Assembly (NCBI RefSeq): GCF_018398935.1
Contig: NZ_CP074694.1
Span: 3,660,001 to 3,692,000 of the forward strand
From: Telmatocola sphagniphila
Lineage (GTDB): Bacteria; Planctomycetota; Planctomycetia; Gemmatales; Gemmataceae
Length of the DNA stretch: 32,000 bases
Reading direction: 5' to 3'
In this document: piece after piece, positions 9,642-19,220 of the stretch
How positions within the stretch are numbered: position 1 is the first letter of the stretch
How the letters are laid out: the number at the start of each line of letters is the position of its first letter
Notes under the pieces: model-generated
Seen by the model: only the letters and a program-made list of their open reading frames with translations
Database searches by the model: none
Told to the model about the DNA's origin: nothing
Program-made: the position numbers and the translations under genes

Positions 9642-10304
9642 TCAATTTCGTAGACCGAGAACAACTCGCCCGAGCTGAATCGCCCCTTTTTCGCCCGCTT
9701 TTTCATGCAGCAGATGCATCGCGCGAAGTGTCTGCAGGCGAGCTTCGTAGTGAGGGGCAGTAATTCCGATGGTTTGGCCTTCCGGCAGTTGGGGCGCAAA
9801 CCAAGTTTTCAATTCTCTTTCTTCCACGAGCAACACCCGCAATTTCAGCGTGCGAATATCGTCGTAACGTTCCATGGTGATCGCAAAAAAATACGTGGCG
9901 GAAGTAATGGGCAAACCGAGCTGCTGGGCGAGGTAGGTTTCCGCAAACTTTTCAGAGAGCACGTTCAAAACGGCCCGATAAATGAATCCCATATCCTCGG
10001 GATCGTCGAGTTTGATGAAAGGTTGGCTTGCCGTAGTGACCCTTGCTGCCTTGATGACCTGTCGAACGCCCAGATCGTTGATCCAGACGTTTCGAGCATG
10101 CATCTCGGCGAGAGTTCGCATCACGAGCTTTCCCTCGGATACGTAGTTCAACGAGAAGTTGACTTGCTCGACAAATTCCTTCTGCAACCAGTTCCGCCGT
10201 TTATTCCAGTAGACCCAGGCAATGGTCACCCAGGTCAACAGCAGTGCGAACGTACTGCCATAGTACCGGACGAATTCGAGGATGTTGCGAAGAACTTCGT
10301 TCAC
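9642..10304 (-). CDS. Hypothetical N-terminally membrane-anchored protein (220 aa)
   Basis: One predicted TM helix (STFALLLTWVTIAWVYW) and no family recognised. The GTG start at 10304 lies 1 nt after the stop of the upstream Gfo/Idh/MocA gene (TAA at 10306-10308). Codon usage resembles the neighbouring genes. Confidence 0.6.
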   Translation of the reverse strand: MNEVLRNILEFVRYYGSTFALLLTWVTIAWVYWNKRRNWLQKEFVEQVNFSLNYVSEGKLVMRTLAEMHARNVWINDLGVRQVIKAARVTTASQPFIKLDDPEDMGFIYRAVLNVLSEKFAETYLAQQLGLPITSATYFFAITMERYDDIRTLKLRVLLVEERELKTWFAPQLPEGQTIGITAPHYEARLQTLRAMHLLHEKAGEKGAIQLGRVVLGLRN

Positions 10305-10305
10305 G

Positions 10306-11580
10306 TTAAATCTTCCACTGGGCGCGCGGTTCCCGGCTGATCAATTTGTTCGCCTCCGCATCGTCGAATCGCTCGGCGACCGGATCCCAGGTCAGATTTT
10401 TATGCAGCTGATAGCCGATATTCACCAAGTGGCAGATGGTGGCCGTGCGATGGCCGACTTCGGCCGGGCAGATCGTCGGCTTGCGGCTGCGGATACAATC
10501 CACCCAGTTCCCGATATGACTCTTGGACGGGTAAACGTGGTATTCCTTTTCCCCAATTGGCGTTTTGACAATCTCTTCCGGGTCGCTGGAGATTCCGGCG
10601 CGGGAAACGTAAATGGTCCCTTTTTCGCCGATGAACACGCAGTCTTTGTGGGGCGCCTTATCCTGATATTCGTGAATCATTTCGACGCCGTTGGAATAGA
10701 CCAGTTTCAAACCCATCAAAGCATTGTTGGCCGGGGGTAGGATTTTGGTCGGCCCGGAGTTATCCATGTCGAGCGCCCACTGGGCGATATCGAAATGGTG
10801 AGCTCCCATATCGGCTACGCCGCCACCCGCGAATTCGCGATAATTTCGCCAGGCCGGGTAATGGTTGTGAATGCCTTCGGGACAGAGGATTTTGTTGTAG
10901 CCTCGTTCGGGTGCTGGCCCGAGCCAGAATTCCCAATCGGTTCCTTCGGGAATTTTCTCGGTTGCGAGATCGCAGGGTTTATTCGGGGCTCCGACACCAA
11001 TTTTGATCGTCTTTACTTTGCCAATCCGGCCATTGCGAACCAGTTCCACGGCTTTGCGGAAGTGGCCACCGAATTCGCTGCGCTGCTGGCTGCCGGTTTG
11101 AAAAATCACCTGCGTTTTCGCTGCTTCTTCGACGATACGGCGTCCTTCGGCGATGTCGTGCGTCAGCGGTTTTTCGCAATAAATATCTTTCTTGGCCCGG
11201 GCAGCGAGGATACAGGGAATTGCATGCCAGTGGTCGGGCGTGCAGATCACCACGGCATCGATGTCCTTGCGGTCGATGATTTCGCGGAAATCGTTAACTG
11301 CCGCGCAGCCTTTGTAAGTGCCTTTGGCTTTCTTCTCGTAATGGGCGTTTACTTTCTTCTGGGCATCCTCCCGGCGAGCTACGACCACATCCGACACCGC
11401 GACCACCTGAACGTTTTCCGCGTTCAGCAAGCCATACATGTGGCCGCGCGATTGCACGCCCATGCCGATGAAGCCGACGTTGATTCGTTCGTTCGCGGAA
11501 GCGCGAGTCACCTGCGGCAGATAAACACTGGGGACAGCGACCGCGGAAGCCTGCAGAAAAGTCCGACGATTGAAGTGCAT
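10306..11580 (-). CDS. Gfo/Idh/MocA-family oxidoreductase with twin-arginine (Tat) leader
   Basis: Tat leader MHFNRRTFLQASAVAVPS. Rossmann start INVGFIGMGVQSRGH. Conserved DIYCEKPLTH motif (family EKP motif). The C-terminal domain is typical of planctomycetal 'inositol dehydrogenase-like' proteins. Confidence 0.9.
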   Translation of the reverse strand: MHFNRRTFLQASAVAVPSVYLPQVTRASANERINVGFIGMGVQSRGHMYGLLNAENVQVVAVSDVVVARREDAQKKVNAHYEKKAKGTYKGCAAVNDFREIIDRKDIDAVVICTPDHWHAIPCILAARAKKDIYCEKPLTHDIAEGRRIVEEAAKTQVIFQTGSQQRSEFGGHFRKAVELVRNGRIGKVKTIKIGVGAPNKPCDLATEKIPEGTDWEFWLGPAPERGYNKILCPEGIHNHYPAWRNYREFAGGGVADMGAHHFDIAQWALDMDNSGPTKILPPANNALMGLKLVYSNGVEMIHEYQDKAPHKDCVFIGEKGTIYVSRAGISSDPEEIVKTPIGEKEYHVYPSKSHIGNWVDCIRSRKPTICPAEVGHRTATICHLVNIGYQLHKNLTWDPVAERFDDAEANKLISREPRAQWKI

Positions 11581-11724
11581 TTTCGATTCTCTCTAGGAGG
11601 AAAGAGACGGAGGGTTTCGACAGAGAATACTTTACAGGAGAACCCGGAAGCTGCCATGCGAGGGGAGATAAATGTGCAATTTCAAAATGCTGGAACTTTG
11701 GCCGTCGCTAGAATCTTGGGAACG

Positions 11725-11748
11725 AAAAAACCCCTATCGAAATAGGGG
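11725..11748 (-). terminator. Rho-independent terminator of the 498-aa zinc-ribbon membrane protein gene
   Basis: On the minus strand the stem is CCCCTAT/ATAGGGG (11731-11737 / 11742-11748) with a 4-nt loop. It is followed by TTTTTT (complement of the A-run 11725-11730), 31 nt after the stop. Confidence 0.75.
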
Positions 11749-11778
11749 TATGGGAAATTTTTTAAGCACAGTGTCGGT

Positions 11779-13260
11779 TCAGGCGGGATTGAGAGAAGCC
11801 CACTTGCGGATGACGGTGCGGGTGCTGCTTGCAACGCTCTCGAGTGCCAGTACGAAGACGATGCCAAACAGATAGAGTGCGAGCATGGGTAGGTGCTTGC
11901 GATTGGAGAGGAACTTGGAGGCCTCCTGTTCCATTTCCCAGGCTTTCACCACGGCCTTGTCTTTGAGAACCTTCGCTTTATCCTTCAGTTCCGCGGCCCG
12001 GTCCTTCAAAGTCTTATCGTCCTTGCCGGAATCGCCTTTTTTCGGCTCGTCCTTTTTGGTTTCCTCTTTTTTGGCTTCGTCTTTCTTCGATTCAGCCAGT
12101 TTCTTCTCGTCTTCCGCCTTCTGCTCGGCCATCCGGGTTTCCAGAGCGGCCTTCTCCTCATCCGATATGTCGACCAGAATTTCCTTGAGCTGTTTGGCTT
12201 GAGCTTCCTTGGCATCGACATTCAGGAAGGGGTAGAAAGCATCGGCCGCCAGAATCCCGAATCCCGTGAGTGCGACCAGCATGGCCGCGATACCGACCTG
12301 CCGTTGCACGGCCGGGTAGCCGAGAACGAAACCGACCTGGCCCTGGAAGAGACTGAACCATACTTCGGAGAGCAGACCGAAAACCAGGCCGAGACCGGCC
12401 CCTAACCATTTGATTTCGGGCATCGGCTCGCTTTTTCCAAGCATCGGCATCAGGAAAGCATAGCTGCACAGCGCGATGCCACCGATGCTCAGGAGGGTGC
12501 ATAAAAGCGAGGCAAAGGCCAGTCGTGCCGTCCGGGAACTTGCGGGCGATGAAAGGCAGAGTAATCGACCCAGAAGGATAAACAAAAAGCCGATCACTAC
12601 CGGACCGGCCACATAGAGAAGTCGGACATTCTGCCAGAAATTCATATTCCCCAAGCCGAGAAAACCGGGCTTATTCGGGTCCAGCTTCTCCGGGTTACTA
12701 TCCATGACGTACATGCGGGCGATTTCGGCAATGGCCGGCAGCAGGAGCAGTATCATACCGAACTTCACATAGCCCAGGCCCGCGCGAACACGCGACCAGG
12801 CGTGCGACGTATTTCGATCCCCACCATAGCTCACGTTCGTATTCGACGGAGGGGCGTTGACCGGCAGATACTGACGGGTTCCGCCCGGTTGCTGGGAAGG
12901 CAAAGCGACCTGTCCCATCTGTGGCATGGTCTGGTGTCGGGGCGGTTCGTTCGTGTGGCTATCGAAGGTTGTGCGGACATCCTCTTCCGGAGAGGTCAAT
13001 TTTGGGGCACCGGTGAGATTCGGCCGGTTTCCAGGAATCATAGGCCGGCCGGTAGGGGCGTTGAGCAGCGAGGGTTGATGCGGCGGTTCCTCGGACATCG
13101 GTTCCGGGGGTAAATCGCTGAGTAAAAGCGATGCCGGCGACAAAGCCGCCGGTACCTGCAAGATGGCCGAACAATTCGGACATTTCACCCGCATACCGAT
13201 GACATCATCGCGCACGCGAAAGGGTTTACTGCATTTGGGGCAATTGAGTGTAATCGCCAT
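11779..13260 (-). CDS. Zinc-ribbon / polytopic membrane protein with Pro-rich linker and Lys/Glu-rich helical segment
   Basis: N-terminal double CxxC (CPKCSKPFRVRDDVIGMRVKCPNCSAIL). A ~130-aa P/S/T-rich linker, about 6 TM helices, a ~90-aa KE-rich stretch (EEKAALETRMAEQKAEDEKKLAESKKDEAKKEETKKDEPKK...) and a final TM. ATG 13260 is preferred over the track's TTG 13275. Confidence 0.7.
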   Translation of the reverse strand: MAITLNCPKCSKPFRVRDDVIGMRVKCPNCSAILQVPAALSPASLLLSDLPPEPMSEEPPHQPSLLNAPTGRPMIPGNRPNLTGAPKLTSPEEDVRTTFDSHTNEPPRHQTMPQMGQVALPSQQPGGTRQYLPVNAPPSNTNVSYGGDRNTSHAWSRVRAGLGYVKFGMILLLLPAIAEIARMYVMDSNPEKLDPNKPGFLGLGNMNFWQNVRLLYVAGPVVIGFLFILLGRLLCLSSPASSRTARLAFASLLCTLLSIGGIALCSYAFLMPMLGKSEPMPEIKWLGAGLGLVFGLLSEVWFSLFQGQVGFVLGYPAVQRQVGIAAMLVALTGFGILAADAFYPFLNVDAKEAQAKQLKEILVDISDEEKAALETRMAEQKAEDEKKLAESKKDEAKKEETKKDEPKKGDSGKDDKTLKDRAAELKDKAKVLKDKAVVKAWEMEQEASKFLSNRKHLPMLALYLFGIVFVLALESVASSTRTVIRKWASLNPA

Positions 13261-13596
13261 AAATAGGGATTCCAATTAAACTTGGGTGCGAGTCAGCGGT
13301 AATGCAAAATCGTAGTAATTATGCTTAAAGTAGGGTACGAAAACAATTAAAACCCGTCATTTTATCCATCTTCACGAAAATTCCCGTTTCCCGACCCGTT
13401 CTGATGGTAACTGAAATTATTTTCCGCAGGAGTGTAAAATTTTCCCAACTCAATTCGATTTGGGATAGACGCCCGATGTTGTTCGCGTTATACGAACCCA
13501 AATTCGATTCTATCTGTCCAAATTTGAGATGGGACAGAAATTTTCCAGGCGGCTCCGAATTAGGGTGATCCGCCGGCGATTTCAGGGAGGAGCGAC

Positions 13597-15111
13597 ATGC
13601 GCGGCAGCCTGGTATTGGCGATTAGCCTCTGGGCAATCGTTCCGGCTGTTTCTGCACAGAACGCCCGGCCGGACGATCCTGGGGCGAACAATTCCCCTGC
13701 GCCTCAAATCGGCCGGGTGAACCAGAATTCGAAACCGACCCCGAGTGACGACCCGCCACCCGCCGTAGCGACCCCCGCCCCGGAGCCGAAGAAAAGTGGA
13801 CCGATTCGCGGCGTCAATCTGACTGACAATGACACCAAAATTCAAGCGACCAAATATCAGGGCGATCCGCCGAGCGGTAATGATATTCACCGGCCAAGCG
13901 ACATCGGCGGTTCCAGCAACTCTTCCAACAATCAGAATAATTCAGGCAGTTCGGGAGCCTCATTGGGGGTGCCGCGCAGTGGGGGCATCGGTCAGTCGAG
14001 TGACGATGACAACCCGGAAGAAAAATACAACTGGGGAGCGCCCGGGAGCAATAATGGCTCCCCCAAGTCCTCGCCGAGCCGACAAAGTAATGGAGACAAT
14101 CCGAAATCTACTACTCCTGGAAAGCTGACCAAGCAGGAAAAAGGATACGACGATTTCGACAAACTGCCTTCTGAGAATCGCGGCGTGGGACCACCCCCGG
14201 TTGGCGGTTCTGGCCCCAGTTCGAACAATGACTGGCAGTTCGGGGATAACATGAAGGGTTGCTACAACTACGTCCGCAAAAACGTCTTTCAAAGCGACCA
14301 CGATTTCGATGACTTCATGTCGATCACCAGCAACCCGCTCTATGGGGAAGATCCTCGAACGCTGACGGAATTACGGCCGATTTTCATGTATCAAACCATC
14401 CCGGGAAGTAACTTTTTCTACCGGGGCGGCAATATCGAAACGCTGGTTTTGCAGGGACGCTTGGCTTTCGGAGATCGCTTTTCGGTGGTCGTCAACCAAG
14501 TCGGTTGGACCTTCTTGAACCCCTCCAGTAATTCGCCACTTCATAGCGAAACGGGTTTCATGGAAATGCACTTTGGAGCAAAATATACCTGGTTGCGCGA
14601 TCGCGATTCGAACTGGATCAGCGCCGTGGGTATGAACGTGGAGTTACCGACCGGACCGGGAAACGTTTATCAGAATACCGGGACTCTGGGCCTGCAACCC
14701 TATCTAAGCTTTGCTCACAAGTTCGGGAAAACGTCTTATGGGACCTGGGGGCTCGCTGACACGTTCGGCGTGGACTTCAGCGTCGACAAGGATCGCACGG
14801 AATTCTTCTACAACACGATCCATCTCGATTACGACATCGCGAACATGAAGCGGTTCTACCCGTTCATCGAATTGAATTGGTTCAACTACTTCCAAAAAGG
14901 GGCCGCCAACCCGTTCCTGAATTTCCAGGGGGGCGATATCGCCAACACGGGAGCCTCGTACGGCGGGACGAATTACATGGATCTGGCTTTTGGTAGCCGG
15001 TTCCGAATTACCGAAGCCTGGGAAGCGGGTTTGGGACTCCAATTCCCGATTTCCAGCACTAAAGACCTGAACAACTTCCGACTGACCGTCGATGTCATCT
15101 GGCGCTACTAA
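13597..15111 (+). CDS. Putative outer-membrane beta-barrel protein with long low-complexity N-terminal region
   Basis: Strong Shine-Dalgarno box GGGAGGAG. Sec signal MRGSLVLAISLWAIVPAVSAQ. About 200 aa of P/S/N/G-rich low complexity. The C-terminal ~280 aa has alternating aromatic/hydrophilic patterns and ends in an aromatic terminal motif (LTVDVIWRY), typical of OM barrels. Confidence 0.6.
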   Translation: MRGSLVLAISLWAIVPAVSAQNARPDDPGANNSPAPQIGRVNQNSKPTPSDDPPPAVATPAPEPKKSGPIRGVNLTDNDTKIQATKYQGDPPSGNDIHRPSDIGGSSNSSNNQNNSGSSGASLGVPRSGGIGQSSDDDNPEEKYNWGAPGSNNGSPKSSPSRQSNGDNPKSTTPGKLTKQEKGYDDFDKLPSENRGVGPPPVGGSGPSSNNDWQFGDNMKGCYNYVRKNVFQSDHDFDDFMSITSNPLYGEDPRTLTELRPIFMYQTIPGSNFFYRGGNIETLVLQGRLAFGDRFSVVVNQVGWTFLNPSSNSPLHSETGFMEMHFGAKYTWLRDRDSNWISAVGMNVELPTGPGNVYQNTGTLGLQPYLSFAHKFGKTSYGTWGLADTFGVDFSVDKDRTEFFYNTIHLDYDIANMKRFYPFIELNWFNYFQKGAANPFLNFQGGDIANTGASYGGTNYMDLAFGSRFRITEAWEAGLGLQFPISSTKDLNNFRLTVDVIWRY

Positions 15112-15132
15112 AACACCTGAGTGAACCGTCAA

Positions 15133-16158
<1,026 letters not shown>

Positions 16159-16298
16159 GGTTGGTCCCTTACTTCATCCGATACTGTCGAATTAATTTAT
16201 GGAAAATGGAGGAAATGAGCCCCTGGGGGGAAGTTCCGAGTAGGAAAAATCCGCCGCGGAAGCCTGCAGCCAACCCGATCTGACAACTTATAATCCGG

Positions 16299-17225
16299 CT
16301 ATTCCGCTTTGATGCCCTTCTTGGCCAGCAGTTTCCCCAAGGATTCAATGCCCAGACGGGGTTCGTCTATCAATACGCCGGCCATTTCCGTCAGGATGTA
16401 TTCTTCCAGGTCGTCGCCATTCCAGCCTTGCGAAGTCAGTTCCTTGCCGATTTTTTCCAGACAGTGATCGCGCAGTTTATCGGTTTGCCGCGAAATCGTG
16501 CCTTCGTGGACTTTCAACCGGCTGGCGATATCGCGCTGCGAAAAACGGTAGCGCCAGCGCAGGCCCAGTAGCAGAAGTTCCTGTTCATCCAGTTCATCCA
16601 GCCAGGCACGGGCAGCCGTTATGAAAGCTTCGTGCCAGCGGGTTTCGGTTCGCGGCGGGATAGGTAGCGATATATCGTCATCGGGCAAGGCCTGGGTGTG
16701 GCCGTGCGATCGAAGCTTCGAGACGTGCCAGTTCTGAAAAATGCGAATCAACCAGGGCGTCAGTGGCCGCTGGCCGTCGTAGCGAGCCAGAATGGGGATG
16801 GAGCGTTCGGATTCGGGCACCAGCAGCATCGAGTAGAATTCGTGCACCGCGTTTTCCTGGCGTTCCTCATCGCGCGGATAAAGCCGATGAGCCCGGGTTC
16901 GCAGAGCATCCATTAACAAGGCATCGCTTCGACCGGCCTTGACGGTAAAGAGACGTTCCCAGGCCCACTTCTGCCGCTCCAGGCAGCCGATGCACAAATA
17001 CCAGTCTTGGGCGTACATGGTTTCGAGATAAGTGGAAAAGGGCATACTGTTGGGCTGTTTTTCGACGAAAACCTGGTAAGTTCGCTGAATATGCGTGGAG
17101 AAACCCTCCAGGGTCAGCTCGATGCGGGGCATCTGCATCCGGCAGAAGTAGTAGAGCATCGCTACGCGGGGATTCACTTCCATGTCGGCATTATACGAAC
17201 CGGAAAATAGGGGCGTGCGATTCAT
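16299..17225 (-). CDS. Sigma-70-family (ECF-like) RNA polymerase sigma factor with extended N-terminus
   Basis: A region-2-like segment (YDGQRPLTPWLIRIFQNWHVSKLR) and a region-4 HTH (ELLLLGLRWRYRFSQRDIASRLKVHEGTISRQTDKLRDHCLEKI). Start is ambiguous: TTG 17246 or ATG 17225. Confidence 0.55.
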   Translation of the reverse strand: MNRTPLFSGSYNADMEVNPRVAMLYYFCRMQMPRIELTLEGFSTHIQRTYQVFVEKQPNSMPFSTYLETMYAQDWYLCIGCLERQKWAWERLFTVKAGRSDALLMDALRTRAHRLYPRDEERQENAVHEFYSMLLVPESERSIPILARYDGQRPLTPWLIRIFQNWHVSKLRSHGHTQALPDDDISLPIPPRTETRWHEAFITAARAWLDELDEQELLLLGLRWRYRFSQRDIASRLKVHEGTISRQTDKLRDHCLEKIGKELTSQGWNGDDLEEYILTEMAGVLIDEPRLGIESLGKLLAKKGIKAE

Positions 17226-17307
17226 TTTTTTCAGATCTTCAAGCAATCTACTTTCATCACTTGTAAACTAGCCAAAATTTTAAAATGGGAATCCAAACGG
17301 GCATCAA

Positions 17308-18453
17308 ATGGCCAAGTCTTTTGATTGCGTAGTCATCGGTGCGGGGGTGCTCGGATTGGCGCACGCCTACCACCTCGCCCGGCGAGGGAAAAAGGTTGCC
17401 GTTCTCGAACGGCATCCGCAGGCCGTGGGCGCTTCGATCCGGAATTTCGGCATGCTCTGGCCCATCGGTCAGCCGGGGGGCGATCTTACAGATTTGGCCA
17501 TGCGTTCCGTCGATATCTGGAAAGAAGTGCTCGATGAAGCGGGGATCTGGTACAACCCGTATGGCTCCCTGCATCTGGCCTACGAAGAGGATGAAGCCCA
17601 GGTTCTGAAGGAGTTCTGCGGATTACCGGAAGCCCGAGGACGGCGGCTGGAACTTTTGGACCCCAGCCAACTCACTCGCCGGTTCAGTTCGGTCCGGGCC
17701 GAGGGATTAAAACTCGGCCTTTTCAGCCCTTCGGAAGTCTGCGTCGATCCACGGGAAACCATCGCCCGGCTACCGGAATATTTGCACAAAAAATATCACG
17801 TTCAATTCTTCTGGAATACTCCCGTTCAAGCGATCGATTCGCCCAAAATCCACACGAATCACTGCGAATTTCACGCAGATAAAATACTACTCTGTACCGG
17901 CTCGGACTATCAACAGCTTTATCCCGAAGCCTTCGCCAGCGAAGGCATCCGGCAGTGCAAGCTTCAGATGTTGCGAACGCCGCCGCTGCCCAATTTCAAA
18001 TTAGGCGCCCACCTCGCCGCGGGTTTGACGCTGCGGCACTACAAAGCTTTCACCAAGTGCCCTACCCTGAAAGAGCTGATCGCGCGCTTCGATCGCGATC
18101 TGCCGGAGTATCATCATTATGGCATTCACGTGATGGCCTCGCAAAACGGGCTCGGGGAACTGGTGCTGGGGGATTCGCACGAATACGGCGATTCCATTGA
18201 GCCCTTCAACAAGGAACTCATCGACGAGTTGATCATCAAATACCTGAAGAAATTTCTCAACCTCGACCCGATCATCATCGCCAGTCGATGGCACGGCGTT
18301 TATGCCAAACATCCCACAGAAGCTTATCTGATTCGAAATCCCGCACCCGGCGTAACCGCGGTGAATATGGTGGGGGGAGCGGGTATGACACTTTCATTCG
18401 GACTCGCGGAACGAGCCGTTAAAGCCTTATTGGGAGAGAGCTATGCCGATTGA
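17308..18453 (+). CDS. FAD-dependent oxidoreductase (DAO-type; resembles the family found next to phosphonatase-like hydrolases)
   Basis: N-terminal dinucleotide-binding motif FDCVVIGAGVLGLAHAYHLARRGKKVAVLER and C-terminal GGAGMTLSFGLAE. It overlaps the downstream PhnX-like HAD gene by 11 nt. Confidence 0.8.
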   Translation: MAKSFDCVVIGAGVLGLAHAYHLARRGKKVAVLERHPQAVGASIRNFGMLWPIGQPGGDLTDLAMRSVDIWKEVLDEAGIWYNPYGSLHLAYEEDEAQVLKEFCGLPEARGRRLELLDPSQLTRRFSSVRAEGLKLGLFSPSEVCVDPRETIARLPEYLHKKYHVQFFWNTPVQAIDSPKIHTNHCEFHADKILLCTGSDYQQLYPEAFASEGIRQCKLQMLRTPPLPNFKLGAHLAAGLTLRHYKAFTKCPTLKELIARFDRDLPEYHHYGIHVMASQNGLGELVLGDSHEYGDSIEPFNKELIDELIIKYLKKFLNLDPIIIASRWHGVYAKHPTEAYLIRNPAPGVTAVNMVGGAGMTLSFGLAERAVKALLGESYAD

Positions 18454-19126
18454 ACTGGTGGTATGCGATATCGCGGGGACCAGTCTGGAAGACAACGATG
18501 CTGTCAGCCACTGCTTCCGAGAGGCACTTTCGGAGGCTGGCTTGCAGGCCCCTTCCACCTTGATCAACAGCGTTATGGGAATTCACAAGCCACTGGCCAT
18601 CAGGCAGATTATCTCCGAAATTGGTGGAACCCATAAAGAAGCGTTTCTGGCTCAGGCCGATGTCATCCATCACGATTTTGTGAAACGCATGATCGACTAT
18701 TACACCCACGATCCCGAAGTCCGGGAAGTTCCCGGGGCTTCCCGAGTCTTCGCCGAACTCCGCGCGGCCGGGATCAAAATCGCCCTGGATACGGGCTTCG
18801 GTCGTAAAATTACCAATGTGATCATTGAGCGCCTGGCCTGGAAAAATTCAATAGATGCCTCCCTATGCAGTGATGAAGTCCTGCGCGGCCGACCTCATCC
18901 GGATCTGATCCTGCAACTTATGGGTATTCTCGGCGTCAGCGATCCCAAAAAAGTCTGCAAGATCGGGGACACGCCGAGTGATTTGCAGCAGGGAACCAAG
19001 GCTGGCTGCGGCTACGTGGTAGGTGTTACCCAGGGTTCACACACTCGCGAGCAGCTTATGAAAGAACCGCATACCCATTTAATTGGGACAATTGCCGAGC
19101 TTCCAAAGCTTCTAGGCATTGCCTAG
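18443..19126 (+). CDS. Phosphonatase-like HAD-superfamily hydrolase (PhnX-like)
   Basis: HAD motif I is D-I-A-G-T (18467-18481), with Ala replacing the second Asp as in phosphonoacetaldehyde hydrolase (DxAGT). Motif II ALDTG and motif [10 protein letters not shown] are present. Confidence 0.75.
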   Translation: MPIELVVCDIAGTSLEDNDAVSHCFREALSEAGLQAPSTLINSVMGIHKPLAIRQIISEIGGTHKEAFLAQADVIHHDFVKRMIDYYTHDPEVREVPGASRVFAELRAAGIKIALDTGFGRKITNVIIERLAWKNSIDASLCSDEVLRGRPHPDLILQLMGILGVSDPKKVCKIGDTPSDLQQGTKAGCGYVVGVTQGSHTREQLMKEPHTHLIGTIAELPKLLGIA

Positions 19127-19220
19127 AGCCTGCGGTTTTCCCAAAAGGACTCCGAGGAATTCAATTGCCGGAGGAAGCAAAACTATTGCTTCCTCCCGGT
19201 CGAGCGGTTACTTTGGTATC

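Noticed and set aside
10795-11745. 316-aa + strand ORF opposite the Gfo/Idh/MocA gene, and similar long shadow ORFs at 15121-16218 (opposite MoxR), 9705-10340, 19794-20429 and 22788-23435
   Set aside because: Each lies antisense to a gene with unambiguous family motifs. None has a recognisable domain, and their composition is typical of antisense frames.
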